A stretch of DNA of 63,984 nucleotides, the filler included, from Sluysia triapertura (lineage: Eukaryota), in NCBI GenBank assembly GCA_046118255.1. It is 4 parts of 4 records of this genome, joined end to end, with 100 filler letters (N's around TTAATTAATTAA, not from the genome) between each part and the next. Parts side by side here need not be neighbours in the genome. Positions count along the whole stretch, not along the records: positions 1 to 21,512 come from JBJNIA010253968.1; 3 more parts are not named here. One strand, 5' to 3'. This document shows positions 1 through 14,196 of this stretch, one piece after another. The notes beneath the pieces are model-generated. The model searched no databases. It had not been told where the DNA came from and saw only the letters and a program-made list of their open reading frames with translations. Position 1 is the first letter of the stretch. Each line of letters starts with the position of its first letter. Position numbers and translations under genes: made by a program.

Positions 1-135
1 CCCATTTGTTTCCATTGCTTTTTATAACTATTATCCAAATAATTGGATATCGCATGTTTTGATCTGTTTAACTTTTTCGCAATACTTGCATTGCTTCCGC
101 TTTTTGAGTTAAAAAATGCAATATTGGATGCTTGG
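1..135 (-). mobile_element. Tc1/Tc3-like transposase N-terminal HTH remnant (in ABCB1 intron)
   Basis: Minus strand reads SGSNASIAKKLNRSKHAISNYLDNSY, resembling the Tc3-type paired-like HTH (IARKLNRSxxxIxxYL). Confidence 0.5.
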
Positions 136-1015
136 AAAAAAATTGAAATAAAAAGTGTAAATACATTGATATATCAATGACAAAAAGGTGTACAGGTATT
201 GAAAACTCAGGAACATCAATAAAATACTCATTTTTTAACAATACTTCTAATCATTAATTAGGATTTGCACTTAAAAACATTTGTATGAAGTCTTAACAAA
301 TTCTTTCCGAATTCCAAAAAATCAAGTAATAAAACGATACACTTTTTCATCAAAATAACAATGTATTTTTCATCTGATAACTATTAAAATCTTCATACAT
401 TAGTGCGGATATGTCCTTGGACCATTCTTATTTAACAGTATAGGTTATAAAATTTGAAATTCGTTTTTGTAGCTTATGACAGAACTGTTTATATCCGAAT
501 TTATCGAAATAATTTTATCAAATAACGTATCACATTTTGTGTTGTTTATTCTCGCTTTACAAAAATTTATTACGAGAAGTAATAAATGATAACATTGTTT
601 AACATTTCCATGTTGATTTCTTACTGTATTAAAGTTACACTTTTTAAACTATTCATTTTAATTATGCATGGAATTTTAATATTAATTTTCTATTCTTGAA
701 TAGGAATTGTTTTGTATTTTTTGATACATTGTTTTAAAAGTATATGAAAGTAATGTGTTGTGGATTACATTTTGTATTTTAGGTAGAAAATGCAAGAATA
801 CAATTGGTGTCCAGTTGTATCTACTTTCATACACTTTGTATATTTCGTATATTTTCACACACTTACTACAAATGCTGAATTATTAATATTTTTTGAAATC
901 AATAATTTCAATTCCACTAATTTATTTATTTTATAATTTTTGAAAATTTATCACAAGTCTCATTTAAATATTAAATAAAAATACAATTATATTATGATAT
1001 CAATTTTCAACTAAC

Positions 1016-1249
1016 TTGACCTTCACAAACATCATAAAACCGTTGTAGTAGTTGTATAATCGACGATTTACCACAACCACTTGCGCCAACCAATGCGACT
1101 GTTTGACCCGGTTCAATAACCAAATCAAAATCATTCAATATCACAGAGTCAGGTCGAGATGGATAGGAAAATTTGACATTTTTCATTTCGATTGTCCCTT
1201 GCACTTGGCTCCTAATTCCTCCTTCATTCATTTTATCAATTTCAGGGAT
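1016..1249 (-). CDS. ABCB1: ABCB1/P-glycoprotein exon: start of NBD1 with Walker A
   Basis: IPEID...IEMKNVKFSYPSRPD...ALVGASGCGKSSIIQLLQRFYD; AG acceptor at 1250-1251, GT donor at 1014-1015. The gene presumably continues past the window start. Confidence 0.95.
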
Positions 1250-1337
1250 CTATGTAAACATTAATTATAGTTTCGTAATTATTAATAAGCAAATAATTAA
1301 TAATAATCAATAATCATAATCATAATAGATAACTAAC

Positions 1338-1451
1338 TCTTTCAGTTATTTCAAAGATCGTCGCAGCTGCATACCTAGACTTCATAATATTACCTAATAA
1401 TGGAACAGCTTGTCCAAATCCCATTGAACCCATTAAACAACTAAAAAATAC
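1338..1451 (-). CDS. ABCB1: ABCB1 exon (TM6)
   Basis: VFFSCLMGSMGFGQAVPLLGNIMKSRYAAATIFEITER; GT-AG boundaries, in frame with neighbours. Confidence 0.92.
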
Positions 1452-1950
1452 CTAAAAATATAAATTATGTATGAATTATGAATTTTAGTAATGTATAAAA
1501 ACAGAGCAATGTGATTTATTAATATATTGATTTTATAATGTAGTTACATTTTTTGTCGAAAAAAGCACTTATCACCAATACTGAAAAGCTATCAATATTT
1601 GTTTTTAAATGTGTATAACCGTTTATATTGCCATAAAAATCAATAAAATCAATAGCAGTGATCTGAAACATAAGTTGCACAAATTTAAAACTAAATTTAG
1701 TAAAAGAATAATAGCTATTTTTTCTCTATTTACTTACAAAATAATTTCCAAGCAACATATATGGTAGAAGTAATAAATTGTGAAATTTTTAGACAAAATT
1801 GTTATTTTTACTTCGACTTGTGTGGAGTCAAGAAAAGAATATACGCTTATAAGGGTATTCATTGTTATAAAAATTAATTGTGTTACGTCATGAAATAATG
1901 TGTACTAAGTTACAAAACTCGGATTAAAATAATAGCAAAAACACACTTAC

Positions 1951-2122
1951 AATTAACATTTTACCTGTTGTTAAACCTTCTTCTCTAATTAGTTTACTTC
2001 CGTACCAAAATCCGAGCGCATATGATAAAAAAAGAATACCTTGAAATATACCCATCATCAATCCCATTATGCTGCCTTTTTTAACTCCAGCTAGTGCAGC
2101 TTCATTTAAATTATTACCATAC
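1951..2122 (-). CDS. ABCB1: ABCB1 exon (TM5)
   Basis: YGNNLNEAALAGVKKG...LSYALGFWYGSKLIREEGLTTGKMLI; gtaagt donor. Confidence 0.93.
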
Positions 2123-3133
2123 CTATGATGAAATTTAATATCTTTTAATATATTAAAAATTTAATAAATTTTTGGAGGAAAATTATTTTCCCAATACCTA
2201 CTTAAAATAATTAATAATATATTAGTTTTTTATTGGGTCAGAAATTACGAATAAAATAAATTTTATTTCTAGCTCCATCTATTTTCATATGTGGTTTTCA
2301 GTTCTATGACTAGATTATCTTCTTATGGTTATTATATCTAACAATAAATAATAAATAATTCAATAATTCGTAATATACAATGTGTAATATAATATTCATT
2401 AATCTTTAAATCTTTGTTGAATAAAATTTCTTGTGAATTTATTGCTTTATTAATTAATTGTTAAGTAGAAAGAGAGAATCCCAAAAGAAGATAAAACAAA
2501 ATAGAATAAAATAAAATAAAGTGAGACAAAATAATATTTGTTCATATAACGATCAAAGTCAAAGTCGAGTATCGTCGCAAATAAAATAAAAAACTTACTT
2601 GCGTTTCCATTCCCAGTCATCGGAACGAGTATCCAAACTCAGACTTCTAGATTGAATAAGCGAACATTAATTGAATATTAAAACAATAACAAGTTTAGGT
2701 TGTTGCTGACTAACAATAATTTATATAAGTGAAGATATTTAGAGTATTATTGAGGACAAAAGTGTGTATTTACTAAAGTTGAGAATCTATTATAGAATCT
2801 ATTATAGATATTGAGGAATAGTAACTTGTTACAGAATTTGTATTGAAAGTCTAATTGTTTAATTTATTACAAATGCATATTAATTTATTGACACAAAAAG
2901 TATCCAGAGCCATTTGGAGTTTTGTAAAGAATAATAATTAAATATAAATAATTTTTATTAAGCTTGAATTTCTTAAATTCAACAAATGCATTTATTCTCA
3001 CAACAAATGGACGGATTGTACATTTTAGATAATGAAAGTAAATTTAATAGAAATGTAAAAACAGAAATGACATTTTCAAAAACAAAGACTGATTACAAAA
3101 ACACACACTCCAAAAAATAAATTCTACTAAAAC

Positions 3134-3258
3134 CTTTCTGCTTCATATTGTTCACCTCGGAAAGCAACTACAGTTCGAATAGATCCTAACACTTCTTCTG
3201 CTATCGCTCCTGCTTTTCCATATGACTGTAATTCAAATTGGTTCAATTTAGCCATCAT
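3134..3258 (-). CDS. ABCB1: ABCB1 exon (intracellular loop 2)
   Basis: MMAKLNQFELQSYGKAGAIAEEVLGSIRTVVAFRGEQYEAER, the ABCB AEEVLxxIRTVxAF motif. Confidence 0.95.
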
Positions 3259-3540
3259 CTACAAATATTTAACTATTTAATTAATTACTTATCATAAGAT
3301 CAAATTTATACATTAAAATTATAAATTTACATTAAGTATTTATGAATAATAATAAGCCTTTAATCAAACACAAATGTTTAATTAATACAAATCAATGCCG
3401 AGATAGTGTTTTTAAAAAAGATAATATACATTGTTTTTTAAGGACAAGTGATGCAAAGGCAAAAAACCTTAAAGCCACATTAAATAAAATTAAAATTACT
3501 TTAATGTAAGTAAATTTATAATTATCTTAATAAAAATAAT

Positions 3541-3595
<55 letters not shown>

Positions 3596-4319
3596 GACAA
3601 AACGAAATATTGTCAAAAACGATTATACTTAGTACTTTATATTGATTTTACAAAATCTAATCAACGTTTAGCTAAGTTCCATAAAATCTGATTTGAAAAT
3701 CATTTCAAATTCATTCTGCTTTTATTTATTGATCATTTGTTTATTATTTTATTTTTTGATTATTTATTTTTAGTAGTCATAAGAAACGAAAATATCTGAG
3801 GAATAAATATTCAAAATTCTGCAAATGAATTAAAATTGGCAATAGAAATATGTTAGAATGAATTCTATGCCTAAATGTTTGTTTCTCAGATGTTGTAAAG
3901 AACTAAATATATCGATATAATGGATTTGTGAATGCCAATTTGATTATTGCATTTTGCGATATTTCTTAATTTTATCATTCCATAACTTTATAAAACTTGA
4001 AGTTAATATGGTTGTTCAACCTATCTATTTAAAATATTTGTTTATCATATTAAACAATAAACATTTACACATTCCCGCAAATACTTATACAATCTATGCT
4101 GCACATCAAAATAAACTTTAATATGTAATATTTTATAAATAAAAAAATTTATAACAATAAAATTTCTATATTAACTACCATAAATCTCCTTAACCTTCCA
4201 CCTTAATTTTTTTCATTTCCCTTATAATTCTTACAATAGTCTTAACTTTTTTCTATTCCCTGCTCTCTTTTATAACGAGTTTTATTTACTACAAGTACTA
4301 CTATAAGTACTACAAGCTC

Positions 4320-5900
4320 AATTACCGCATCTGGCATTAATTCACGATGAAGACGAATAAATATTCTAAATAACGACTCAAACAAAACTTTAATAGAAAA
4401 TGTTTACAAATCAGAACCAGAAGAAATAAGAAAATACTTCTCACAACTTCAAACTCATTGTAGTTGTTTATCTTATAATGTTAAAACATCATGCGATTTA
4501 CTGATGAATTTGTTACTTACCTACTAACGATCGCTTAATGATATAGAAATTCTGAAATTGGAGAAACAGCAAAGCGAGTTTGTGATAAATGTTCAGTGGT
4601 TTTAGAAGAAGTAGACTACCAAAGATGCTTAATAAAAAAATGAAGAGTCAACTACTAAAAAGAACGATGTTAATATAGCGAAAGATGACTTAATAACGAA
4701 ATCAAAATCAAAAGATGATATTGTAGAAAATCTTCGTAACTCTGATCTTAAACAAGTGATATGTTTAAGATCAAGATATAAAACTCAAATTCAACATATA
4801 AAACTGGAATTGTCTTTACAGAATCATTGTGAAAAAGTGATCATTTTACTAAAAATTGCAAGAACAACGAAGAAGTCGAAAAAGACTCCATTTAATATAA
4901 CCAAAACTTAAGTACAATAAACGATCTTGATAAACGCCTAGGTCTTGAAGATGGTATTCGATAATTTGAAACTATAGCTGAAAGTGTAAAATTTACTTTT
5001 CCTAAGTACAAAAGTCTGTAAGTGATATAGTGCTTGTGTTTGTAAAAAGCCTCGAGTCCAACAACCTACTATAATAGATAAAAGTTCTTAATTTGCGTTA
5101 ATTTAAAGCTTATTTGTGTTGTAAGATTTTTATAAAATTATGTTTTTTGTTTTAATAATTGTGCTTTAAAGCACTAATAAAATTTAAAATTTTTAAAAAT
5201 CTGAAATATTGATTAATTAATCTATTGCAAAGTAAATCATATTATGGACGCAGATAATTTCCATGCCATATCACTTTTAGAACCGGTTGTTGTAACCAGA
5301 AATTCAGTTAATTTTGTGATTTAGACCTTTATTTGCATGATGATGAATATTGTAGAAACGTTCTGTGTTCTGCAGATATTAGTTTCGCAGTTACGATCAA
5401 GCTTGTAAATAGGTTGAGTGTGGACGATAAGTGCAGTGTGGACGATAAGTGCAGTGTGGACGATAAGTGCAGTGTGGACGATAAGTGCGGTGTGGACGAT
5501 AAGTGCAGTGTGGACGATAAGTGTTATTAACTAAAAAGGTTCTAAAAAAAGGTCTCGGCAAAGAGACGAGACAAACATATGTCGATGATTTAGCTGTTGA
5601 ATATGCATGTTATGATACTTCAGATAAACTAAACGAAAAAAACGAAGCTTTGCTGCTCAAAATAAAGACTGAAACTGCTATTTCTGAAAATTATGAATCA
5701 ATTAATAAAGTAAAAACGACGAATATCATTAAAGTGTTATTACAAGTACCACAAGGTCTTATATTATGTTTTTTGGTCCCTTAGTTACATTTTTTGAAAA
5801 GCACTTTTATTTTAAAGATTACGTACTGTAAGACCAATTAAATGAGGATCAAGATCACGGTGTCTATTACAGTCACATCTTTCATTCATGATCCTAATAA
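4320..5900 (+). mobile_element. Degenerate LTR-retrotransposon (gypsy-like) gag-pol remnant in ABCB1 intron
   Basis: Broken coding-like tract. ORF 5521-5784 contains QTYVDDLAV (RT YxDD motif). Boundaries approximate. Confidence 0.4.
5417..5524 (+). repeat. 18-bp minisatellite x6 (AGTGTGGACGATAAGTGC)
   Basis: Six near-identical head-to-tail copies read directly. Confidence 0.95.
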
Positions 5901-6855
5901 TAGTGTTATTCATGTGTTTTTTATGCTTTTGATTGAATCTAAATGTAAGCAGTGGAAATGAAAATTTGACAAACTTGTGTAATATCAAATGCAACCATGT
6001 GTTCATTTGTTATTTAATTTTAATTTGTTGTTTAATTTTAAATTTTAATATAAACAGTGAACACATCAATTTAAATGTATTCTTATTTTTATTAATTACA
6101 ACATGTATTAATAAACACCCTCCAAAATAATTAATTTCGTTAGTTTCAATATCATTAATATTACAAAAATCTAATTGTATTACGTGAAATTGAGCATTAA
6201 ATTCAAATTATAACTTAATACATTCCTTCGTAACATGCTTCTAAATCTTTTTAACTATTTATTATTTACATATATAATAAACTTCTTGGTCATCAAAAGA
6301 CTTGACTTTGAACAAAACAAAATAATTCAAAAGTGAATATATCATTTAATGATTTGATAATACCATTCATATCAAATTGTATACAGATTATTTCAATTAA
6401 TTTAGTGGTTATTAGATACATAGCACTACAATAATTTATAAAAAAGTGAAAAATAAAACAATAAAATTAATAATAATGAAAACAATAACAAAATTATTTA
6501 ATATTAATGTTTAAAATCGATTAAAATAGTTAAGCTTGAATGAGAAGTAAAAGTTATTTAAGGTATGAAAGTAAAGTAAATAAATGTGAAGATAAAATGA
6601 TGAGTGATTGGATATGAAGTAACATATTATTGTAAATGTATTATTATTTTTGAAATGATGAATTATGTGTTTTATATGTATTGTATGTATTTCATCAACA
6701 ATCGCCTACTTAATTGTGGTAGACAGTAACTATGGTAACTGGAAACAATATGTACTATATACACATACTTGGTTAGTTTTCTAAAACAATGTTTAACCAT
6801 AATGAATGTTTTGCAATAATTTAATTTGTTACTCAACGATTTTTTATTGTTATAA

Positions 6856-6921
<66 letters not shown>

Positions 6922-7006
6922 GCAACTACTCTAAATAAATGTCTTAGTGAAAATTGATTTATTTTTGAAAAATTAATTTAGTAGAAGGTAATTTGTCATC
7001 ACTAAC

Positions 7007-7178
7007 CTTTGTCATCACTGCAGTTACTATCATTATTAAAGGTGAAGCTGCTAGAATTACTAACGATAATTTCCAATTCTTCAGAAATGCTATAATCAAA
7101 CCACATGTACCTACAACGATCCACTGTACCATTTGTCCCATTTTACTACCGATTCCTACTTCAATTGTGTTGATATCA
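7007..7178 (-). CDS. ABCB1: ABCB1 exon (TM3-TM4)
   Basis: DINTIEVGIGSKMGQMVQW...KNWKLSLVILAASPLIMIVTAVMTK; GT-AG boundaries. Confidence 0.94.
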
Positions 7179-8757
7179 CTTAAGTTAAAGTTAAGTTAAT
7201 AACAATAATTATTATGATAATAAAAAGTTTATCACATGTAACTTTAGAATAGCCATTTTTTTAAAACATTATCGAATACAATCTTTCATTTTATAATTTA
7301 CCTTATTTATGAATAATCAGTTATCGCGTGTATTTGATTAAATAACTCAAGATAATATACCCTTATAAGCCTAAATATGAAGTTTTTTATTTTAATTTTA
7401 TTGAAAATTAATTACTTATCCCAGTATTGTAAAGGTCATTATTTGCAACATTTTCGGACCATTTTATATTCACGAATTCTACAATGAACGGTAGATGTCA
7501 ATAGTAACTCTTTTCTGCAAACATAATTTATTACAAAATTAATTATATATTGAAATATATTTTCTGCGTTATTACACCTACTTGAACAGAAAAGGGTCCT
7601 TAGTCAAAACGAAATAGTAATTATAAGATATTAAATATTCGGGAATTATGACCGATTTGATAGAACAATATGCTAAAGCTGAATGAATTTCGAATGAATT
7701 GAAATTAAGCCGAGTGGATTTTATCGAGAATGGATGTAGCTTGAAAACCTTTGATAGTCTTTTGATGAAGGATTTATGAAAACTTAAATTTAAATGTTAT
7801 TTTGCGGTAACATCTAAATAGAAAATCAATTTTATAATTTGTATTGAAATCACATTTTAAGCAATATTTGTTTAATAAATTATGACAAAATATTTTATAA
7901 AAATCAATCTGGTTTACGAGAACGACTAAAGTTTATTTCAATCTGAATACCAATTAATTGAACTTGGTGAGAATTTATTTAAATTCCTATAACGAAATTT
8001 TGATCCATCTTTGACTAATAACGTCGTTTCAAAATTTAATTTAATAATTAAATGTAAAATTGCGCAAAATTTTATCTTGTAGTTCAAAATTGGAATGATC
8101 TATTCGTAAAATGTAAATAATACGATAAATAATAATAAATAATAATCAATAATAAATATGATTATATGCGTACGACTTAAGGCACGATCATACTATCTTT
8201 TTATTTTCTAAGTCATTAATATAGGATTTATCTTGATGTAAGACTGTTGTAACTAATTAATGATCAATTTTCGACTAACTAGATATAGATGAGTGAAACT
8301 TGCGCTAAAAACTGAACCTTCACAACAATTTACATCACAACATTCTATTCATTTTGTTTTGTTCTTTGCACTTTGGAATAACATCAAATTTCTTTCTATT
8401 AATAGAGTGTGATACTAATTTTATTACATAGTAACATTTTTGATTTGAGTTAATGAACCTCTGACAGTGCGCTGAATCTTTGACAGGACCTTTACAAGCC
8501 AAAAAATATACTGTAATATGTTATCACTATACTCAATGAATTATTCTCATGAATTTCTAAATCATTATTATTATTATTATTAAATATTTCCGATGAAATC
8601 CGAATTGGTAGCAGCTGTAAAACAAAGTCATTTCTTAGTGATTGAATTGAAATAATGGAATTGCCACGTTGGTGATAATGTAATGATGCACTTTTAATTA
8701 AATGATAGTGTAATGATAAAAATTTTTACGATTATACATTTCAAATAAGATTTATTA

Positions 8758-8809
<52 letters not shown>

Positions 8810-9117
8810 CATTAACACTTTTACATTAGTAAGGTTATCCCACATATCTTATCTTAAAGAATTACATTGCATTAATTAAAAATTATACGATGAATATATT
8901 TTAAAATTGAATGATTTTGGGATGTAATAGATTTGATATAAACTGATATTTGACATGTATCGAAAGATCTGAAGAATGTAAGGTGTGATAAGTTGTAAGA
9001 ATTGTAATATTTTGATGAATGCTTTTATCGTAAGTGTTTGGAAATACTGTACAACAGATCCTTAGTATTTTAAAATTTATATATTTGTGACTCTTTTCGA
9101 CAGATTAATAAACTTAC

Positions 9118-9289
9118 TCAACCAATTTGTTATTAAGAGCACCGCTTCTCTGTGAATCAAACCAACCAATATTCTGTCTTAAAATAGCTTTGAATAAGTT
9201 CATGCGCATTTTGGCAACTTGACGACGAGATGTAATACCAAGAAAAGACTCGGATATGTATGATGTAACAAACATACCAAGAGCAACAA
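9118..9289 (-). CDS. ABCB1: ABCB1 exon (TM2/intracellular loop 1)
   Basis: RRQVAKMRMNLFKAILRQNIGWFDSQRSGALNNKLV, matching ABCB ILRQxIGWFD; gtaagt donor. Confidence 0.94.
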
Positions 9290-10424
9290 CTTAATTATAT
9301 TTATTGATTTAAAACATAATTTACAATATAATATAATATACAATGTAAAGTCACAGTATGATTTTAAATTAATGTGAAACAATTATTGAAAAAGAAAATT
9401 AATTTTTTGTAATTTTTTCTTCCTCTACAAAAATAAATGTAAAGATATTAAGTAAAGTTGCTGAGTTCACTTTCGAAAGTTTGTGCGAATTTTGTTAATT
9501 ATCTTTATCACCGATTTTTAGATTTCTGATATTGTAATTTTTCTTTTCTTTTATTCTCATTGAAAATTGATTACAAACACTTTCTAAAATTCAAAGAACT
9601 GCAACATACCCTTACTCTAGATTGTATGTGATCTGTGCTTGACAAAGTGTCACTATAAATGGAGCAAAAACAATTAAAAACTGAAAATTCTTAAATTTTA
9701 ACCAGTAAGTAATGTTCTATTGTAATTTTACTTTTAATAATGATATATCCATTTATTATAATCATAGGTTGATTTAAAACTATTTTGAAACAAAAGCCGA
9801 AAATAATTATTGGACAATGCATTTATTAAAAAAAATCAGTAATCAAAAATAAACACAGTTTTCAACTAAACTGTCACATTTCCGACGAAAATACGAAATG
9901 TTACGAATTTTACCACGATTATTTATGTTTTTTAAAGGTAAGAAAAGTTTCAAAAGGTAGAAATAGTATTAAATATCCTACATAAGCAGAAAATCCTATA
10001 AATAATTATGGGAAGAATAAAACCAGTAAGAAGTAGCTACAGTTGTGAGAAACATTTGAAATTTAATATTTTAATTGGTGAAATTTGGTAGCAAAAGTTA
10101 TATTTCAAAGTGTTTATCTCTAATTTAGGGAAATTTTTAAAACTCATTTTAAATTTTAATTAGTTAAAACAAATTGAAGGTTAAATTAGTTAAATCACCT
10201 TATAACTAAATTTTATGCAAATTTTTCATAATTTTGTGGCAAACAAAAGATTCTTATTAACAAATACAATGGAGTTATGGAATATTTTAATGAAATATTC
10301 AAAATTTAAAGTGATTTATATATTTCTTTTGCCAAAAATTACTTTAAATTTGACATTTTTTCTTAATGTTAAAACTTAAATCGCCAATGTTGCACAAATG
10401 AAATGTTACGCGACTATCGCTTAA

Positions 10425-10996
10425 CCGCTGGAGTTGCATTAATTCAATCTATAACATGTTTGTTAACAACGTATCTGTATTGATGGTCTTACGAGTTTTA
10501 TCTTGTCAATTGAAACAGCTATTTTCTTATGCACACTCTGTTTCTTTGTACACATTTATGTATGAGTTTACATAGGCGATATATTTTTCCGTTGAATTTT
10601 TCCTAATTAATTAAAAAATAGTTATAAAATATTTAAAAATAATGTGGATGTGCCATGATGAAGAAATCTATGCACATGATTTATCTTGCAATGAAGAACA
10701 GCGTGATTTAGAAAATTCTGAAGACGAAGATTTTAGTGACATTCCCGAAGATAGTAATGATGCTGAAATTATACCCATCACAAAACAACGTAAAACTGAT
10801 CAACCTTTCGATACATCTACTGACTCAGAATCGGACATAAATGATGTTGAAAACGATTGGTCTCAAAATGACAATGAACCATGTCTTAAACAATTTTTGG
10901 GAAATACCGGAGTTAGTTCAAATTTTGAATTAAAAAATGCAAATAAATGCCGGTGGTTTATATATATCTGCGATTAAAATAATAGGCTGTCAAACT
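10425..10996 (+). mobile_element. Internally deleted piggyBac element (PGBD4-like acidic N-terminus)
   Basis: ORF 10642-10977 is acidic and ends WSQNDNEPCLKQFLGNTGV, like piggyBac N-termini. TTAA flanks both sides; TIRs are weak. Confidence 0.55.
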
Positions 10997-12894
10997 GTTA
11001 ACTTTTACTTAGGTCAGAAAAGTTTAATTTATTTAAGTTTTATGACAAAATATAGAGAATTGTGTTACATTATACATTGGATTCGTTTTTTCAGGTTCTG
11101 GAATTAATGATGTACGAATAAACTATTGGTTTTCCGAATACCTTCAGGGAAATTTATTCAGATGCCAGACAAGTGACTAAAACAAATATACAAATACTTT
11201 GTTTACGTATTACTAAACGTCATAATAAAGAAAAATGAATATAACTTATAAAATTTAAGTTTTAAAATAAATTATAGGACAGAAAAAGTAAGACGAACTA
11301 GCAAACCATCTGGCAACTTCTTCCATTTTTTTCATTATGTTGTATTGATCAGGCAATTGAAATCCTGGATTAGTAGTTCTAAATAAATACATTATTATTA
11401 AGCTTTATCTTAGATTTTTATATAATTGTACTAAGTAGAATATTTTGCTTATAAATAATGTAATATTATTAAAAAATAATACCATATTATCATGTTTTGC
11501 TCTGATTTGGACATTATAAATGTTTATTATTTAAAATTATTTTGAATATCGCTGGAAATATATAATGACTAACAATATACTCGATTAAGATTGTAGTTTA
11601 ACATATTAAAGATTAAACAAAAAATTAATTCAGTTAACAATACGAATTTTGAATTAATTAGAGCTTTCACTTTAACTTATGAACAGAATGAGAATGAAAT
11701 TGTAATTGTACTAAATCTAGAAAAATTAATGAATGAATCTTAACGAAAATCAGAAAATAAATGTAACTATTATTTATTGAAATTCACTCTACTAATAATT
11801 AATCTAATAATATGATCACTAAATTCATTAAATATATAATATAATATACAAAAATATAATATAATATGATAAAGTTCTATTCGGGACAATATTTTGGAAC
11901 TTCGTTTTGACATAGAAATTGAATTAGTTGTTTAGTTTAACATATTTATATAAAAACAGTGAAAAATCGAACATATGAAATAATTTCCAAGTAATCTTGA
12001 ATATTAAATTTAAAATTTATTACCGAGTAAATATAAACTTAATTAATGTAAATTTTTTGCAAAAAATATTGTAACAATGTCAAAAATTTGAATAATTAAA
12101 TAATAATTTGATTTACATAACTAAAAAATATTACTTTACAGAATAAAGCCTTTAAATACATTTTGTCCAAATTAAAAATAAGTGATGCTATAAAACTATA
12201 CCTAGAACGGAAGTTAGTGCATTTAGTTTCTTCTAGAATACCATTAACTCAACATATTCCAAATTCTATGAAAATTTGGAGATACCTAACGTAGATGACT
12301 ATTTCATATACCTATTAATTAAAAAAGTAAATGTAAATATTACAAAACATTGCTGAATTTCGAAACCTAAGAAATTCGTTTTCATTTATATGTATTAATA
12401 GCAAAGTTTAATATTTTTAAAATGACGTTCGAAAGCTTCTATTTTAATTAAATAATTACTAAATAATATCCCTATTGCTCGATTTACGCGGTAGATATGT
12501 TCCAAAGAAAACCAACAAAAAATACGCATTATTTATTTTATACATTGTTTTTTTCAACTTCTTTAAAAAATTAGAACTTCTTATTATGTCAAAACACAAA
12601 CATACGAAATAATACAAAATATAAAAACATTAATTACGACGATATTTGTTATTTTAAATTGTGATGTTTGACCTATTATTTACTTTTCCATTAAAAATGT
12701 TTGAAAACCCAGTGGAATGTTTATGTTAGTACGGCACAAATTGTAGGAGACGTAATTATATTATTGAATTTTATTATTAAAATTACAAGATTAATATTAA
12801 CAGATACATGTCAGTAAGTAACCAATAATAAAATTATCGGTAAAATTGTACATAAAAATTTGTATGTAAGAATATAAATCAAAATAATTATTAC

Positions 12895-13103
12895 TGAATT
12901 TGTTTTATCATTTCATTTAAAGACATGGTTGGTAAAAGACTGTAATTTTTGATTAAATCTTTGTAATAATTCTCAAATCCAGTTAAACTATCAGTACTTT
13001 CTCCAAATACTAAAAATAATGCAGGCCATGCAATTCCTGTACCAACTGCTGCAAGTATTGCAAATAATATCATAACTTTGTCACAAGATGTACTTAAAGA
13101 AAA
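12895..13103 (-). CDS. ABCB1: ABCB1 exon (TM1)
   Basis: FSLSTSCDKVMILFAILAAVGTGIAWPALFLVFGESTDSL, the ABCB N-terminal DKxxM...GxxxP...VFG pattern. Confidence 0.92.
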
Positions 13104-13137
13104 CTAAAAATATTAATTATACAAATAAAACTGTAAC

Positions 13138-13262
13138 TAAGCTCCCAATACCAACTGGTACTATTTTCTCTTCTTTATCACTTATTTTATTTTTTCTATT
13201 TTTAATTTCATAATCACTTATTTTACCATTTTCTAAATTGTTATTAGAAACACATTCATCAC
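13138..13262 (-). CDS. ABCB1: ABCB1 N-terminal exon (start-codon exon not identified)
   Basis: DECVSNNLENGK...KEEKIVPVGIGSL, joined in frame to the TM1 exon by a 34-nt GT-AG intron (13104-13137). Confidence 0.75.
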
Positions 13263-14196
13263 CTTAAGAAAAAAAGCTGTGAATAAATATTCATATTACA
13301 TTCATATGTTGGATTATCTTGACAATATGATCTATGAATATCACCTTATTTGGATTAAATATTCAAAAAATAAAACTACTTTTATTTTCAGGAGGTACTT
13401 GATTCGAACTCATAGCAATATCTATTACTTAATTATTATTATAAGTAATAGTATATTAAATATTAAATAATAATTAATAATATTAAATATTAGTATAAAA
13501 TATTAGGATGAATAATAATTTATTAAATTAATATTTTGAAGGTAAAATTATTTATCATTATTGATGATTTTAAATGAAAATAATTAATTTCATTATAAAT
13601 ATGATTTACTAATATTAAAATTTTTGCAAAAATCGTATCACGATAAGTTTCAAAAGAAAGAGGGTATAGAATTCATTATAGTAACATAAACAAACAATTT
13701 ATTTTATGTTTAACGCCTAACTTTTTTATTATAATTCAAAATCTTCTAAAGCATTTATGATATGTATATTTCTTGAGAATGTTTACAATATATTTTCCGT
13801 GGAAAATTTATTTAAAATTCATTTTATATCTACTGTGTCTAAATGAAATTTTACATAGATAAAATGAATGCAGTTCGTCTTTAACTATAACAAACACTGA
13901 ATTAATTAATAAAGAACCTGCATTTTATGCTCTTCATTTAAACTTATCTTACTTAGTTACTGTTGGAGTCGTCAGAAGATAATGTGATAAAGATAAAGAT
14001 AAAATTAATAGTATCACAGCTTGAAGGTAAAGGGATCAACATTTTCTAAAGTTTTACAAAAAATTTATGAGTACATTAATTAATTAATTTGATTAAAATT
14101 GTTTGAAAATCATTTTTGATCAAAAATTTTCCATGTGATATTTGTGCAAGAGAGTGTATCAGATAAAATAAAATACAATTATAAAAATTATGAATG

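Noticed and set aside
1052-1264. Plus-strand ORFs overlapping ABCB1 exons (also 6993-7199)
   Set aside because: Antisense shadows of real exons.
12202-12312. Candidate missing ABCB1 exon with AG/GT-like ends
   Set aside because: It has stops in all three minus-strand frames; no evidence elsewhere for stop-codon reassignment.
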